NCBI RefSeq assembly: GCF_009914755.1
Contig: NC_060925.1
Length of the DNA: 64,000 bases
Reading direction: 5' to 3' (one strand)
Source of the DNA: the human T2T-CHM13v2.0 reference genome, Homo sapiens
Position 1 is the stretch's first letter. Each line of letters begins with the position of its first letter. Under the pieces are notes generated by a model that was given only the letters and a program-made list of their open reading frames with translations, made no database searches and was not told the DNA's origin. A program made the position numbers and the translations under genes. This document shows positions 43,557 to 58,261 of the stretch, piece by piece.

Positions 43557-44065
43557 CAGAGTTTTAATATAATACCTTTTCTGTATCATATTCCTAGGAG
43601 TAAGTTATTTCCTTTTCATGTATCATATGTTGAAGGTAGAAAGTTGGTTACATATGGTCACTTCAGATACCAATAAACCAACCAGCAAGAATGTTCAGAA
43701 TAAATAAAAAGCCATATATGAAGAAACAAATCAAATACTGCTTTAATTATGGTTCTGCTATTGTCCCCCACTTGCATTTCTGACAGCTACTTTGTAGTTT
43801 GCATATTGTCTTTTTTCTAATTAACATTTTTCCTCTCCTTGGCTTTTTTTTTTTTTTTTTTTTTTTTGCTCTTCTGTTGACTGTATAGCCTTGCGTTTGG
43901 CTCTTTTATACCTGTTAATAGTAACTCATGTTATAACTCACCTTTCATTTTTAGTTTTGGGATTTAGTCCCATGTCGTTTTAAAACAACTTAGGAAAGAT
44001 AAATGTGATTTTAAAATAAGTGAAATTCGTAGAAAAGCCAAAACTTGCTTTCAGGTAAGGAATAA

Positions 44066-44378
<313 letters not shown>

Positions 44379-44658
44379 AGGAATAAGAATGTTTTATATT
44401 ATTCTTACAAACCTTAAATTGAATCACGTGAATTTTATTAAAGAGAACATATAATTCATAAAAGTCTGGAATTTTTATACAAATAATTGATTTAGATAAA
44501 AAACAAAATACAACAAAAAGTACTCCCTTCCCAACTTGCTTGTACTCACTTAGAATGAGTACATTTTGGTAAAATTCTTTAAATGACTAGCCAGTAAAAA
44601 ATAACCGTCCTTCTTTGTGCTTCTGATTATTTCTGTTTAAACTTATTATTTTTCACAG

Positions 44659-44688
44659 AAAATTGAAACTCTCAAAGAGACAACAAAT
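44659..44688 (+). CDS. OSBPL9: OSBPL9 exon ~7 (30-nt micro-exon)
   Basis: ttttcacag|AAA ATT GAA...ACA AAT|gtaagt; KIETLKETTN; phase 0-0. Confidence 0.95.
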
Positions 44689-44990
44689 GTAAGTTATATG
44701 TTTGATACATTCTGACTTTGCATTAGAAAATGTTTTAAAAAGTTATTTCTATTTTAAGCTGCCACTATTGATGACAGCAATTGAGATGTTAGTTTTTATG
44801 AATATTATACAGGGGTGCTTAAGCATTGTATTTTTTTTTAAAGGAATTTAAAATAATACTAATAGAATAAGCCCCTTAATCGAAATTGACTTCATGTACC
44901 ATTTACCTGTTTCTGGTCTCGTTTGAAATCTTGATAAAAGGTGTCTTCCACGCACAGTGGATATGTTATTTCATATTTTAAAAAAAATAA

Positions 44991-45424
<434 letters not shown>

Positions 45425-45603
45425 TTCTTTCTTATTAAAATATATTATAATTCAAGTTTTCTGATATAGTGGACTTCTGACATTATATAATGGGCTACTT
45501 ATGAGATGTGTACCTTGCTCAAAATTTTAAAACAGGTAAAATAATAATTTGATTCACCAGTGTTTTGACAGGATCCTTTATTCTCCATACTTCCATCAAA
45601 GTC

Positions 45604-45900
45604 TTTTTATTTTTTTTTAAGAAACAGGGTCTTGCTGTGTCATCCAGGCTGGAGTACAATGGTGCAGTCATAGCTCACTGCAGCTTCGAACTCCTGGGCT
45701 CAGACAATCCTCCTGCTTCAGCCATTTGAGTAGCTAGGGCTATAGGCACACGCTACCACACACAGCTAATTTTTATTTTAATTTTTTATAGAGATGGGAT
45801 TCTGCTATGTTGCCTAGGCTGGTCTCCTAGCCTCAAGCGATCCTCCTTCCTTGGCCTACCAAAGCAGTGGGATTACAGGTGTGAATCACCATACCCAGCC
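45604..45900 (-). mobile_element. AluJ
   Basis: Diverged Alu antisense. Confidence 0.9.
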
Positions 45901-46009
45901 TATCAGTGTCTTAGGTAGATTTCTTAGGGTTGCTTGCTGTTGATGTAAGAATTCGTAAGTTAATCAGATTCGTATGTCTTTCTGTTTGAAGTGTTGAAAA
46001 ACCATTTAG

Positions 46010-46192
46010 AGCCAAGCACGGTGGCATGTGCATGTAGTGCCAGCTACTCGGGAGGCTGAGACGGGGATCGCTTGAGCCTCTGAGTTTGAGGCTGCAGTGT
46101 GCTATAATTGTGCCTGTGAATAGCCACTGCAATCCAGCGTGATCAGCATAGTGAGACCTTGTCTCTTAAAAAAAAAAAAAAAGAAAAAAAAA
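46010..46192 (+). mobile_element. FRAM/FAM Alu monomer
   Basis: Sense monomer with poly-A. Confidence 0.85.
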
Positions 46193-46434
46193 TTAGATAT
46201 TATTTAGTATAAATTAACAATTTGTGGCATTCGTTAAAATTCATAGAACTGCTAATGAATAACTTCATTTGGCATTATCAGCATACTAGAACCCACTAGA
46301 TCCAAAGAGGATATTTCTTGTGTAGTATAGACTTAAACTCTATACATCTGAACTGATTTTTATATTTTAAGCTTTAACATTATATATCCATTTATTTGAG
46401 CCAAGATCCTAAAATCAGTGTTTTGTTTTTATAG

Positions 46435-46485
46435 AGCATGGTAGAATCAATTAAACACTGCATTGTGTTGCTGCAGATTGCCAAA
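46435..46485 (+). CDS. OSBPL9: OSBPL9 exon ~8 (51 nt), contains internal Met (46438) that could start the short isoform ORP9S
   Basis: tttttatag|AGC ATG GTA...GCC AAA|gtaagt; SMVESIKHCIVLLQIAK; ATG has A at -3 and G at +4. Confidence 0.96.
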
Positions 46486-47373
46486 GTAAGTAAATTTTAC
46501 TTTCAATTACCTTTGTGTATGGAGTTCAAAAATTATAATGGCGTTTTTCTTTAATAGCAAAAAAACTCAGATCTGAAACATAGTACCTTTCTACATTAAA
46601 CTGTATTGTGAGCTTATTCTATGGAACAACTGTTGTGTTTGGCTATTATCTTAGCTACTGTTTCTGGTAATGTCATTTCTGGTAGCTGGGAAGGAGGGGA
46701 GCATGTTTGAATGACTCATCCCTTCCTTCCATTTTATCCATTATCACTGCTTAGAACAGGGACATATTTTACAAAACCTTCCACAAAAAAAGTTTTTCTT
46801 AGAAAATAGAGAAGTAAGTTCTGACAGTTATTGTCCATAATGAAGAATATAATAGAGATATATTTTTTAAATTTTTACGGATTTTTTTCTGGTAGTGAAC
46901 TACGTTAGTGGATTTTAATTATTCTTCCTTATTCATGAAACAAAATATATTTTGAATTATTGTGGGTTAAAAATTTCATATATGTTGTCTCTTTTTCTGA
47001 AAAATTTTGGTGTATTCAACCTAAATATATATTTTATTGCCTGAGAGTTTCTGAAATAAGAATATTATTGTTTGAGAATAGGAATTTTTAAAACTATTTC
47101 TACCTCACTACACCCCTTTATTTCCAGCAAGTGGCTAGCAAGGGGTGGGTGACCAGCTCCACAGCCCAGTTGAGAAATGTTGTTTGAATGAGTTTATAAT
47201 TACTCATCTCTTTTACTTCTTCAGTTGCATATGTTTGTTTGCCAAATCATAGAGACTTTTAACCTACTGTTGTTAATGACACAATAGCATAGGACAGTCC
47301 ATTTGCATTTGGATAGTAAGGATATTTAGCTTATAAATTAAATGGGGCAATGTCATTTTCTTTTGAGGCCTGA

Positions 47374-47653
<280 letters not shown>

Positions 47654-48830
47654 AATGTATTATACTTAAAGTGTCAGAACTTAGGGCTTATGTTCTGTTT
47701 CTAGATGTTAGTGATATCTAGATTTCCTATGTATGTGTCTAAATTTTTCATTTCCTGTTGTAGATCATAGTATATTCCAAAGCCAAGCAGAAGGAAAGAT
47801 AGGATTGGAGGCACAAAAGAGATAAAGTTTTTATTTTAGTTTTTCTTGGCTCTGGAATTACATAGGTGAGTAGAAGCACCTATAGTTATCCAAAAGCTTA
47901 CCTACAGATAACCAGTAAACCACACCATGCCCTGTTTGAGTGACTAGGTATTTTAGGGAATACATACTGCCTTCTATTGAAGATTGGGGAAGCAGAGGAG
48001 CTGATACAGTGTTTAAGCCAGTTTGGGTGATCTCTGAAAATCATTCAGGACTTTAGATAGTTGTACAGTAGGTCAGCCTAGCCTATTTCAGTAGCTCACT
48101 GTTTAGCCACTCATCGAGAACATTTTTAGTGTAATTTGTACTTGCTACCTGTCTGTGTTAGCCCAGCTTAATAAAACTACGTTTTAGGGTTCTTCGCAAT
48201 GGATAACTTGGATCACGTAAATGAAATTTGGCCTTTTATTTATTCCAGAAGGAAGTTTTATTGTTGTTAAGTCTTCTTATGTACAAATACAATCCTCAAT
48301 TATATTTGTACTGTATATGGACTCTGTATCTTTAAACTTAATTTAAATGTAAATGAGACCGTGTCACTTGCCTGCTCAAATACCCCTGATGTTTTCCATC
48401 TCATTTGGAATGAAATAGAAACTACTTACGTTCACTGCCCTCTTACCTGTCTCCTACCCTTGCTTGGTCACACCATTCCAGTAACATTGGCTCATTTCTT
48501 TTTCTCAGGCAAGACAAGCTTCCCCCCTCCACCCCCGCCCCCGGCTTTAGGGATTTTTACTTGCTGTTCCCTCCACGTGGAGGGCATTTACCACAGATTG
48601 CCACTAGGCTCACTCTCTCACTTTATTCATATTTCTGCCACAAGGAACATCTTTGGAAAGACTTTTCCTGACTCCTGTATCTAAAATAGCCTATACCTCC
48701 CACTGGTTTCTTTTTCTTCGTGGCCTCGTATCACTAGTCAAGTTTACACGATATATTTGTTTGTTTATCTCTTTATTGACTGTCTACCCTAGAGTACAAT
48801 CTTGGTGAGGAATTTGCTCGTCTTACCACT

Positions 48831-49240
48831 TGTATTAGTCTGCATGGGCTGCCATAACAAAATACCATAGACTGGGTGGCTTAAAGAACAGAAGTTTATT
48901 TTCTCACCGTTCTGGAAGCCAGAAGTCCAAGATCAACATTCTGGCCTGTTCAGTTTCTGATGAGGGTCCTTCTCTTGGCCTGTAGATAGCCATGTCTTCA
49001 CATAGTCTTTCCTTGGTGAGTATGCACAGAGAGAGGGAGCGTGCACGTGTGAGATAGCAAGCTGTTTGGTTTCTCTTCTTACAAGGACACTAATCTTATT
49101 GAATCAGGGCCCCACCCTTATGATCCCATTTAACCTTAGTTACTTCTGTAGAGGTCTCATCTCCAAATATAGCCACCTTTGGGGTTAGGGCTTCAACACA
49201 GGAATTTGGGGAGGGACACAAACATTCAGTCCATAACCCC
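48831..49240 (-). mobile_element. MaLR LTR (MLT1A-like)
   Basis: tgtattagtc...gggctgccataacaaaataccatagactgggtggcttaa...acaaacattcagtccataac. Confidence 0.85.
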
Positions 49241-50082
49241 ATTGTATCCTCAGTGCCTACAGTTGCTTACCATATAGGAGGTGCCTGATAAATAACTGAA
49301 TTACTGAGTGATTTTTCTAATGCATTACTTTTAATGGTTGCATGGTTTAGTATTTTCACTATATGTATGATTTTTTTTACTTAGCCACCTCTCTGATGTG
49401 CTGTGATGACCATCCCTATAAACTAATCTTTAGGTAAATTTAATCAGTTAATCTATGATTAAGATAAAAGATTTTAAAATAATAACAACAGTCAACTTTG
49501 CATAGTCTTAAAGAGCGTGGATTATGGCCCCCAGACTGAGTTTGAATCCAAGCCCCACCACTGGAGCAAGTTTATTTATCCTTTCTGTGCTTTGGTTTAT
49601 ATTCCATATACAAGAGGGATAATAGTAATGTCTGTCTCTTACTGATGCTGTGAGACTAAATGATTATTTGTGATGCTCTTGGTAGCTGGCATGTAATAAG
49701 CTCTAAATAAGTGTTTATTAAATTTAAAAAAAGAAGGATGCAAATTTTAAAGTGACAGTAACACATCTGGTAAAAGTTGGAGAACTTCCATTGAGTACTG
49801 ATGGAAATATAAATTGTTATAGCCACTTTGGCAGACTCTTATTCACTGGCAGGTTAATAAAATACCAGAATCAACTACTTTGAGGGAGATAATGCCATTT
49901 GAGACCCCACAGTGATATGAGAAGATAGCTAATTTGATACCTTTCTTGTTTGGGGCTGATTAGTATCAGCTTCTTAGAGGCGGCATGCTGTAAGTAAAAA
50001 TTTTAATTTTAAGCTCCTTCCAGTTTTGATTCTTTGATTTGAATTCCTATTCCCAGTAGATTCTCTCCTGCCTAAATGATTA

Positions 50083-50262
50083 GTGTATTGGTTCCTAAAC
50101 TTTACTGCATATTGGAGTCATTTGGAAATCAGTTCTGATTCCTGGCTCCCATCCCTAGACATTGTGTTATAATTCTGTTGTGTGGGGTATCACCTGGGTA
50201 TTGGGATTATTTTAAACCCCCTGGGTGGTTTTAATGTGCAACAAAGTTTTGAGACCACCTGG
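50083..50262. mobile_element. MER5A-like hAT MITE
   Basis: ggttcctaaactttactgcatattggagtca...aagttttgagaccac. Confidence 0.65.
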
Positions 50263-50882
50263 TTAGTGGAATTTTCAAGTGGGCTTTGTTATCTCAGAAG
50301 ACATCCCTCCCCTTACCCTTGGTGGAGACAGCTGATGTTCTTCTCCTGGGAGACTGCAGTGGAGCTGGGGAGTAAGGGGAGAGAAGGGGAGTAGGGCAGG
50401 ACAGAGTGAAGATAAGCTAGGAGGCCCCTGCAGGTGGAGACTTAACCAGTATCACAGTCAGGTGATGTGACCACATACCACAACTCAGAATGCCTGTCAG
50501 AATGGCATGTGCCAGGGGGTTGACTGTGATTTACTAGAACACTATTTTTGCATTGTTTAATTATCACTGAAATTGGGAAAAAGGCTATGCTAGACATGCT
50601 TTGGTTTTGAGGTATAGTTGCTACAAACTTAAACTCTGGTTGATTTTCACCAGTTAAATCATGCGGTAAAACAGTATTTCAATACAATTAAAATCAGGCA
50701 CTTTAAATGGTCATTCTTACAGGCAAAGATAGAGACTATTAACATTTTTCAAGGTAGACACAGATCAATTTGATTTATGTAGTTTTTATAGTCTTGCATA
50801 AAATAGATGCAAATAAATACTGTTGATTACTTAGAATTTGAGGCTTTAATTTTGTCAGTTCCTGTTGATTATCCTAAGTCTA

Positions 50883-51410
50883 GACCAGTGCTATACAATA
50901 AAAATATGAGAGCTATAAATGTATTTTAAAATTTTCTTATAACATTTCGAAAGGTAAAAAGAAACAAGTGAGATTAATTTTAATAATGTATGTTAGTAAC
51001 CCAGTGTACCAAAAATATTATTTCAACATGTAATCAGTATAAAAATTTACTAATGAGATAGTTCATATTCTCCCTCTCTCTTCTTTCTTACTCTCTCTCT
51101 CATTTTTTAAGAGATAGTGTCTTGCTCTGTCACTCAGACTGGAGTGCAGTGTCACAATCATAAATAACTCACTGCAACGTCAAACTCCTGGGTTCAAGCA
51201 ATCCTCCTGCCTCAGCCACCTGAGTAGCTGGGACTACAGGTACTCACCACTGTGCCTGACTAATTTTTAAATTTTTTGTAGAGACAGGGTCTTGCTTTGT
51301 TGCTTAGACTGGTCTCAAACTCTTGGCTTCAAGTGATTCTCCGTCCTCGGCCTTCCAAAATGCTGGCATTACAGGCATGACTCTTTCTCTTTTTGCACCA
51401 AGTCTTCAAA
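50883..51410. mobile_element. MER3/MER33-like hAT element interrupted by an antisense AluJ (~51104-51380)
   Basis: aaaagaaacaagtgagattaattttaataat...ccaaaaatattatttcaacatgtaatca. Confidence 0.7.
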
Positions 51411-51689
51411 GTCATGGATGTTCTTTAAGCCACCCAGTCTATGGTATTTTGTTATGGCAGCCCAAGCAGATTAATACAAGTGGTAAGATGAGCAAAGTCC
51501 TCACCAAGATTGTACTCTAGGGTAGACGGCCAATAAAGAGATAAATAAACAAATGGTTTATTTCAATGGTTTTTGTTATATTTACAAAATTGTACAGCCA
51601 TCACCATAATCTAATTTTAGCATACTTCTATCACCGCAAAAAGAAACCCTATACCTATTAAGCAAATATTTTCTATATAGATTTTCTAT

Positions 51690-52117
51690 ATAGATGGTCC
51701 CTGACTTAATAATGGTTTTACTTAGGATTCTTTGACTTCATGATGGCAGAAAAGTAATATGCGTTCAATAGAAACTGTACTTTGAATTTTGAGTTTTGGT
51801 TTTTTCCCAGGCTACTGGTAATGCTATATGATCTTCTCTCACTATACTGGGCAGTGGCAGCAAGCCACAGCTGCCAGTTCGCCACGCGATCACAAGGGTA
51901 GCCAGCTGAAACTCTGCACTGTGTACTGTGTTGCGAGATGGTTTTTGCCCAACTGTAGGCTAATGTAAGTGTTCTACAACACGTTTAAGGTAGGTTAGGA
52001 TAAGCTATGCTGTTTGGTAGGTTAGATGAATTAAATGCATCTTTGACTTAACAATATTTTCAACTTAAGATGGGTTTATTGGGAGGTAAACTCCATTGTA
52101 AGTTGAGGAGCGTCAGT
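51690..52117 (-). mobile_element. MER47/Tigger5-family element within an L1 fragment
   Basis: Ends agatggtccctgactta... / ...gtaagttgaggagcgtc; internal ggtaggttagatgaattaaatgcat. Confidence 0.75.
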
Positions 52118-52609
52118 GCCTCCCTTTCTCTTCCAACAGCCTCCTACTCTTCACCCCATCCAGCCCTTGGCAACTATTAATCTACTTTCTCTCTCTAGAT
52201 TTGTCTATTCTTGACTCTTCATGTAAGTTGAATCTTACAATATGTGGTCTTTTGTGACTAGCTTCTTTCACTTAACATCATGTTTTCAAAGGTTCATCCA
52301 TGTAGAGATCACTTTTGCCTGGAATTTTGAATGTGACTACAGTTCTACAGGATATTTCCACGATGAACTTAGTTAAATCCCTATATAGAAAAATAATTGC
52401 CATGCTGTTGGTGTTGATTGTTGTGTAGCCAGAGTTAGAATTGTGTTTGGCTAAGAATGTACACATGGAATTAAAATCTTAGTGGAGGCAGATAAATCAT
52501 GTTCTAACATTATTACTTACCTAGTAAATAAGCTTTCTTGTAGGAGAAATACACAAGGAGTTACTTACATGTAAGAATGAAGTTAATATTTTTAACATTT
52601 TTCCTTAAG

Positions 52610-52648
52610 GACCAGAGTAATGCGGAGAAGCACGCAGATGGAATGATA
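52610..52648 (+). CDS. OSBPL9: OSBPL9 exon ~9 (39 nt), probable cassette exon
   Basis: tttttccttaag|GAC CAG...ATG ATA|gtaagt; DQSNAEKHADGMI; phase 0-0; weak AAG acceptor. Confidence 0.93.
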
Positions 52649-54449
52649 GTAAGTTTAATGTAATCTTTTTGTTTCCCTTTACTTCTGCAGAGCATTATAA
52701 CCAGTCATATCAGGAGAAGCCTGAATTACTACTCATTTTTCAATGCCAACTACTCACTGCTTTTTGTTGTTGACTCTTGCAGTTTCCTTTAAGCTCCCTT
52801 CTTTCAGCAATCATTTGCAGGGGAAATGACAATCTTAAAATTTTTCTAAGTGTGGGTTCAGATTGAATCACTTTGCATGTATTAACTTGAAGGGTTAATC
52901 ATGGTATGAATACTCAGCTTTTACAATTAAATAATGCATAACTCAGTGCCACATTTCTTGTCTAATTTCTATTTTTCTCAGATGAAAGTGGGGGTGGGGG
53001 AGTACAATATTGAAACACACCTTAATCTATTTGAATATATTTATAGGTTCCTATTATCTTTTATTTTTAGTTTTTGTGTATGTGTTAACCATCATTGTTA
53101 ATGTGGTATGTACTGCATTTTTGTTGGAACAATTTACAACATGAATTCTTTCTCTTATAACCATCTTCTCACTCTTTCCTCTCTCTTATCTTTTTACCTT
53201 TCCTTTATATTCAACTTCCCCTCCAAAAAGAAAGAAGAAAATTGTATTGTTAGTATTTCCCAGATGGAAATAAAAGAGTTTGAAGGTTTGTGGTTTGTGC
53301 TTACCCTAGTTTTATGGTAACTGAGTGACCTTAGTCTGTATTCCTGAAGCAGGAGGCAGCTTTTTTGTTTGTCCTAGACTTTACAAATGCCAGCTTGTCT
53401 GAGATCTGGAAAAACATTCTGTAAATTTTCAAAAACATCTCCTGATTGTACTTGAAAGGATGAGCATGTTATCTTTATATTTGGTTTAAAAATTTTTTTT
53501 AAGTTAAATCTGTGTTTGCGTATTTCTTAAGAAAGCAGAAGTAAAATAAGCATGTTTGGAATTTGAATTAAATATATCAGAATTTTTGTCAGTTCAAAGT
53601 ATGATCCATGGTGATATAATACAATTGTATGATATAAATGTAATACAAACTGAAATAATATCTCTTCATGAGATACTATCGAAGATTGTTAGCCTCATAG
53701 GAAAGGACTGTATGTATTGTCTAGCATTTTATGGTCTCCAAAGACTCCAAAGGAAAACCATGTTGGCTGTTATTTTTATCTCTTTTCCCTCAAAGCCAAA
53801 TTAGTTATATTATGTTAAATAAAACAGGCAGGATTTTATAAAACATACCAAAAACACTTGATCATTTGCAATGAAAAACATCTAGAAAGTTTATACTCAT
53901 AGAAAATTTAACCTAATAGAAAAATATCTTTGAATCATTTGCCCAGGGACTAGAGCATATTTTCCTTAAGAATTTTTATTTTGAAAAAATAGAGGAACTA
54001 TTCATGGAATAGGCCTTAGAGGCAGGCTGCTTGGGTTCAAATAAAATAGCCCTGCCACTCACTACCTGTGACCTTGGCAAATTACTTAACCTTTCTGAGT
54101 CTTAATTTCTTTTCCTGTAAAGAAAGCTGAAATGTTCTACCTTAGAAGTTTGTTGTAAGGTACAGAACAAGCGCATAGTATTCAATGAATGTTAGCTATA
54201 TGTACATGTATGTGTATGTGCAATACATTGTATTACGTGGGTTTCATTAATGTCAAAACAGATTAGGGCTGAGTAGTATTATTTTTGCTTCTCAAGTTCT
54301 GCACATTTATTTTTAAAGCAAGTTGTAGAATGTAATGTGACATATTTGAGCCTGAAGTTGGCTGACCAAGGACTGTGGATAAGTGTAGCATAGTTATTTT
54401 TTCTATCAAAAACAATAACAAAAAGATTGAGTACTTTTAATATACATGT

Positions 54450-54879
54450 TGTCAAAAGACAAAATTACAACAAATTTAATCATAGATCTAATTGGCTTTT
54501 ATTCAAGATGCATGAATCGGATCAGCCTCCATTCTACAAAATAGAATGAGAGGTCTCACTGGGCAGTGGCAAAGCAGTGGGTTTTGTAAGGTGAGAACTG
54601 TAACAGGAAAAAATGCTGATTGGTTAACATCAGATTACTTTTCTTTTAAGGGTTAAAACAGTGAGCATTTCCGTATTACACTGATTCGGGTAGACTGGAA
54701 TCTCCTATTTTCAGAAAAAAAAAAAAAAACCTGGTCTATTTTGGGATCCACTTGCTTCCTTAGAGTTTAATGATACGGCATTTAACAAGAGTGACTCCAT
54801 TTTGGTTTGGTCTAATCTGTTGGGCCCTAGTACAAGAGCTCAGTCCAAAACAGTGGCCTCTCATAATTTTTGTTTAACA
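54450..54879 (-). mobile_element. ERV1-class solo LTR
   Basis: TG...CA termini; gtgactccattttggtttggtct and gagctcagtccaaaac motifs; family uncertain. Confidence 0.7.
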
Positions 54880-56205
54880 GTGCACAAAGTTTTTAAGTGT
54901 TTTCTTTGGTTGACCAGCCTAATTGTAAGAACGTTTCATCTGGAAAATAAAAGATTACATCCAAAAGAGAATTCTGGTCCCTTGTTCCAAAGTTATTTTA
55001 TTTCTTATTCCCTTCAGTGGGAGGGGTAAGGAGGTGTGACATATTCTCACTGCTATATATCAAAGCGTTAATGGTGGAATTTTGTCTTTGTAAAGCATTT
55101 GGAGTTATTTTCGAGAAAAGCGCTGTGTAAACAAGGAATTTATTTTAAGAACAACTCCATGTTTGTTGAGATACTTGTTTAGTTATTATGGCTTGGTCTA
55201 GTATCTGAAAATAGAATCAAAGTAATAACCAGAAAACCCTTAGCACCCATGTAAATACAGACTTTTTATTTTGCAGACCGGGAAACTGAGGCCCATAGAG
55301 GATAAGAGACTTAAAGATTCTAAGCTATTAAAAACTCCAAGTCTCTGTTTCTTTGCTTTTCTCAGTGCTTCAAAACATTCCCCACTTCAGTTTCTTAGTT
55401 GTTTTTTTTTTTAATTATTACTGATTGTTTTGGGGGTGTTTTCTCTAAGTGTCCTTCATTTTTCAGTTAAAGTATTTGTGGCAGATAAACTATTTTAGTG
55501 ACAAGAATCAGAATTCCTGTGTTCAAGTCACTTGATCGAAAAGACCTTATTTAATGAGTTTTAGATATTCATGCAGAAAGAGGGCTGGGTTTTTTTGGTT
55601 TTAAATTTTCTTTAACAGTCCTGAACACAGTGTATGTTTGTTTTTCACATGGCCTGGAAAAAAATTTTTAACTTAGATATTACGTGAGAATGCTACAAAA
55701 ACTTTACCATTACCTCAGTTTCTATTATTAGGTGATTTTAAGTTTTTACAACTGCTTTTTTGGGCTTATTTATTGGCAAAGTATTTCCCTTATATTTCTG
55801 TTTTAGTATCTTCTGTTATAAGCACTACTTAATATATATGTGAAGTTCAGTTTTCCAGATCAATTAAAGGTAAAGAACTTACATTTTTATTTCTTGGGTT
55901 TGCCCAGTTTAGTCTTCTAAATGGTAAATGTAAACTTTGCTGTGGCAAAGACTTTGGTTTAACATGTACACACTCGCACCCCCCTGCTGCCCTATGGAGT
56001 TTTCTTTTTAAAATGCCTTCATGCTGTCAGAATAATTTCTTGACTTAGAATCAGAGAATCCTAGACTTTTCTCCCCTCTAAAATTAACTACATGTCTGAA
56101 TTTTTCTCCCTCTCTTCTGAATCCTCAGAAAGCAAGCCCTCTTCTCTACACTCCCCAGTTAGAAGATGCATCTCTTTCTCTTTAGTGACCATAAAACTAG
56201 ACACA

Positions 56206-56533
56206 CAGTCAGCCTTCTGCATCTGTGGATTCAACCAACCATGGATTCAAAATATTTGAGGAAAAAAAAAGTACCTCTTTACTGAATATGTATATACTGT
56301 TTTCCTTGTCATGATTTCCTAAACAATACAGTATAATGGTGATTTATATAATATTTACATAATATTAGGTGTCATAAGTAATTTAGAGATGATTTAACTT
56401 ATATGGGAGCGTATGTGTAGGTTGTATGCAAATACTACACGATATTTTATCAGGGACTTGAGTGTCTGTGGATTTTGGCATCCTCGGGGGGTGCTTGGAA
56501 CCAGTCCCCCTGGATACCTGAGGAGTGACTGTA
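56206..56533. mobile_element. MER2-like (Tigger family) DNA transposon
   Basis: cagtcagcc...ggattcaaccaacc...ggaaccagtccccctggatacc...gactgta. Confidence 0.8.
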
Positions 56534-56979
56534 CTGTGTGATAGCAGCAGTATGGGATGGAAAGATGAGATCCTAGTGGTGCAGGTACATCAGTTGGACA
56601 TTTGGTGTAACTCACCAAAAGTGAAAAAAACAGAGAAACAATATTTGTGGTGAATTAAGAGATTGAGAAGCACCGAATTGAATTGAGAGGTGGTTTTGAC
56701 TTCCTGAAATCTCCCCACACCATTTTATAACTCCTCAGTTTTTCCATTTAGCTTTACCTTCTTCTGTGACAGAGATTCATTCATTGTCTTTCCTTACTAT
56801 GCTTTAAGCAACTCTTACACTTCTGTATAGAAAAGGTGTTTCATTCCCTCTTTTCATTTTGATCAACATATCTATATAGCTACCCTCAGGATTTTGAAGT
56901 CATAAATGTGGGCATTTGGGAGGGTAGCATGAGAAGAGCATTTAATTAAAAATAGCTATATTGTGTTTCTTTATTTTAG

Positions 56980-57070
56980 AGTACTATTAATCCCGTAGAT
57001 GCAATATATCAACCTAGTCCTTTGGAACCTGTGATCAGCACAATGCCTTCCCAGACTGTGTTACCTCCAG
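56980..57070 (+). CDS. OSBPL9: OSBPL9 exon ~10 (91 nt)
   Basis: ttattttag|AGT ACT ATT...CCT CCA G|gtaatt; [30 protein letters not shown]; phase 0-1. Confidence 0.96.
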
Positions 57071-58156
57071 GTAATTTGGGAAAATGTTTCTTAGATTCAT
57101 TGATGAGAAAAAAATAATTTGTGTGGCTGTCATAGCAGTCTTAGCTATTACTGTTTATTTTTGATTTTCCTTGTTTTTAATAAAAGCACTCAAAAAATAA
57201 TACAGCCAAAAGTGAACTGAAAAAAGATGATAATGTTTTGATATTGGGGCTTTACTGAAGTGTGATGAAAGTGGTTTTGTTATTCAAAGTGAGATAGAAA
57301 ACAAACTTGGTTACTACGATTTGGATTCACTGGTAGAACAGGATTCTATGACTCAGAATTCATGGCTAGCGAGGAAAAATTACTATACCTTATTCTGGAT
57401 AATCCAGGGATGTTCCGTTTTGGGGTATTCTGTGTAGCTCTGAACAATACAAATGGTATGTTCATGGTAGATTTTAAGATAATGAGAAAGTGAAGAGGGA
57501 AATTTATGATGCCTACTGATCACATGACATCTGGGTTTTGTTTTGTTTTTTTTTTTTTTGTATAAAGCAATACATGCAATTTTTTAAAAACTGGCAAAGA
57601 AGGGCTCAGGGCCAATACCTAGCTACACTGACTGATTCCTTTTGCCCTTTTGTTATATCCAACATTTCTATGTTCTCGATGGCATAGTGAAGTCAGAAAT
57701 TGTACTGTAAAATGGAAAACTCTTTTTAAAAGTACTAGTAAGTATGTGAAATCCTTTTGTGAGTTTTTACTTCTTAAGTGAATTAGCTTAAACTACCTCT
57801 TGGGGCTAAAGAGGAACAGGTACTGTACTCCACTTCAGATTTTTTGTGGTTTGAGGCTCAGAAACACATTATCATCAGAAGCATTTGTTGGTTTTACAGC
57901 ATAGTTATACTGCAGTATTGGCCTACTGTGGCTGGTTTTTTGATATCCTGCCTGGTATCTTAGTACTCTGTAGCCTATCATCATTGAGTTTAAGAGGCTA
58001 GGAAGTCAAAAGGAAGGAGTAGCATGGAACTAGACTTAATGAAATAAAGTTTCAAAAATTACTGGCCTTTAGGATTTTGAATCCCAGACAATTACAGTCA
58101 ATAGAATGTGTGTTTGGCTGTTTCTGTACCTTATTTTATACGTTCAAATCTCCTAG

Positions 58157-58261
58157 AACCTGTTCAGTTGTGTAAGTCAGAGCAGCGTCCATCTTCCCTA
58201 CCAGTTGGACCTGTGTTGGCTACCTTGGGACATCATCAGACTCCTACACCAAATAGTACAG
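58157..58261 (+). CDS. OSBPL9: OSBPL9 exon ~11 (105 nt)
   Basis: atctcctag|AA CCT GTT...AGT ACA G|gtacag; (E)[34 protein letters not shown]; phase 1-1; overlaps ORF 58108..58311. Confidence 0.96.
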
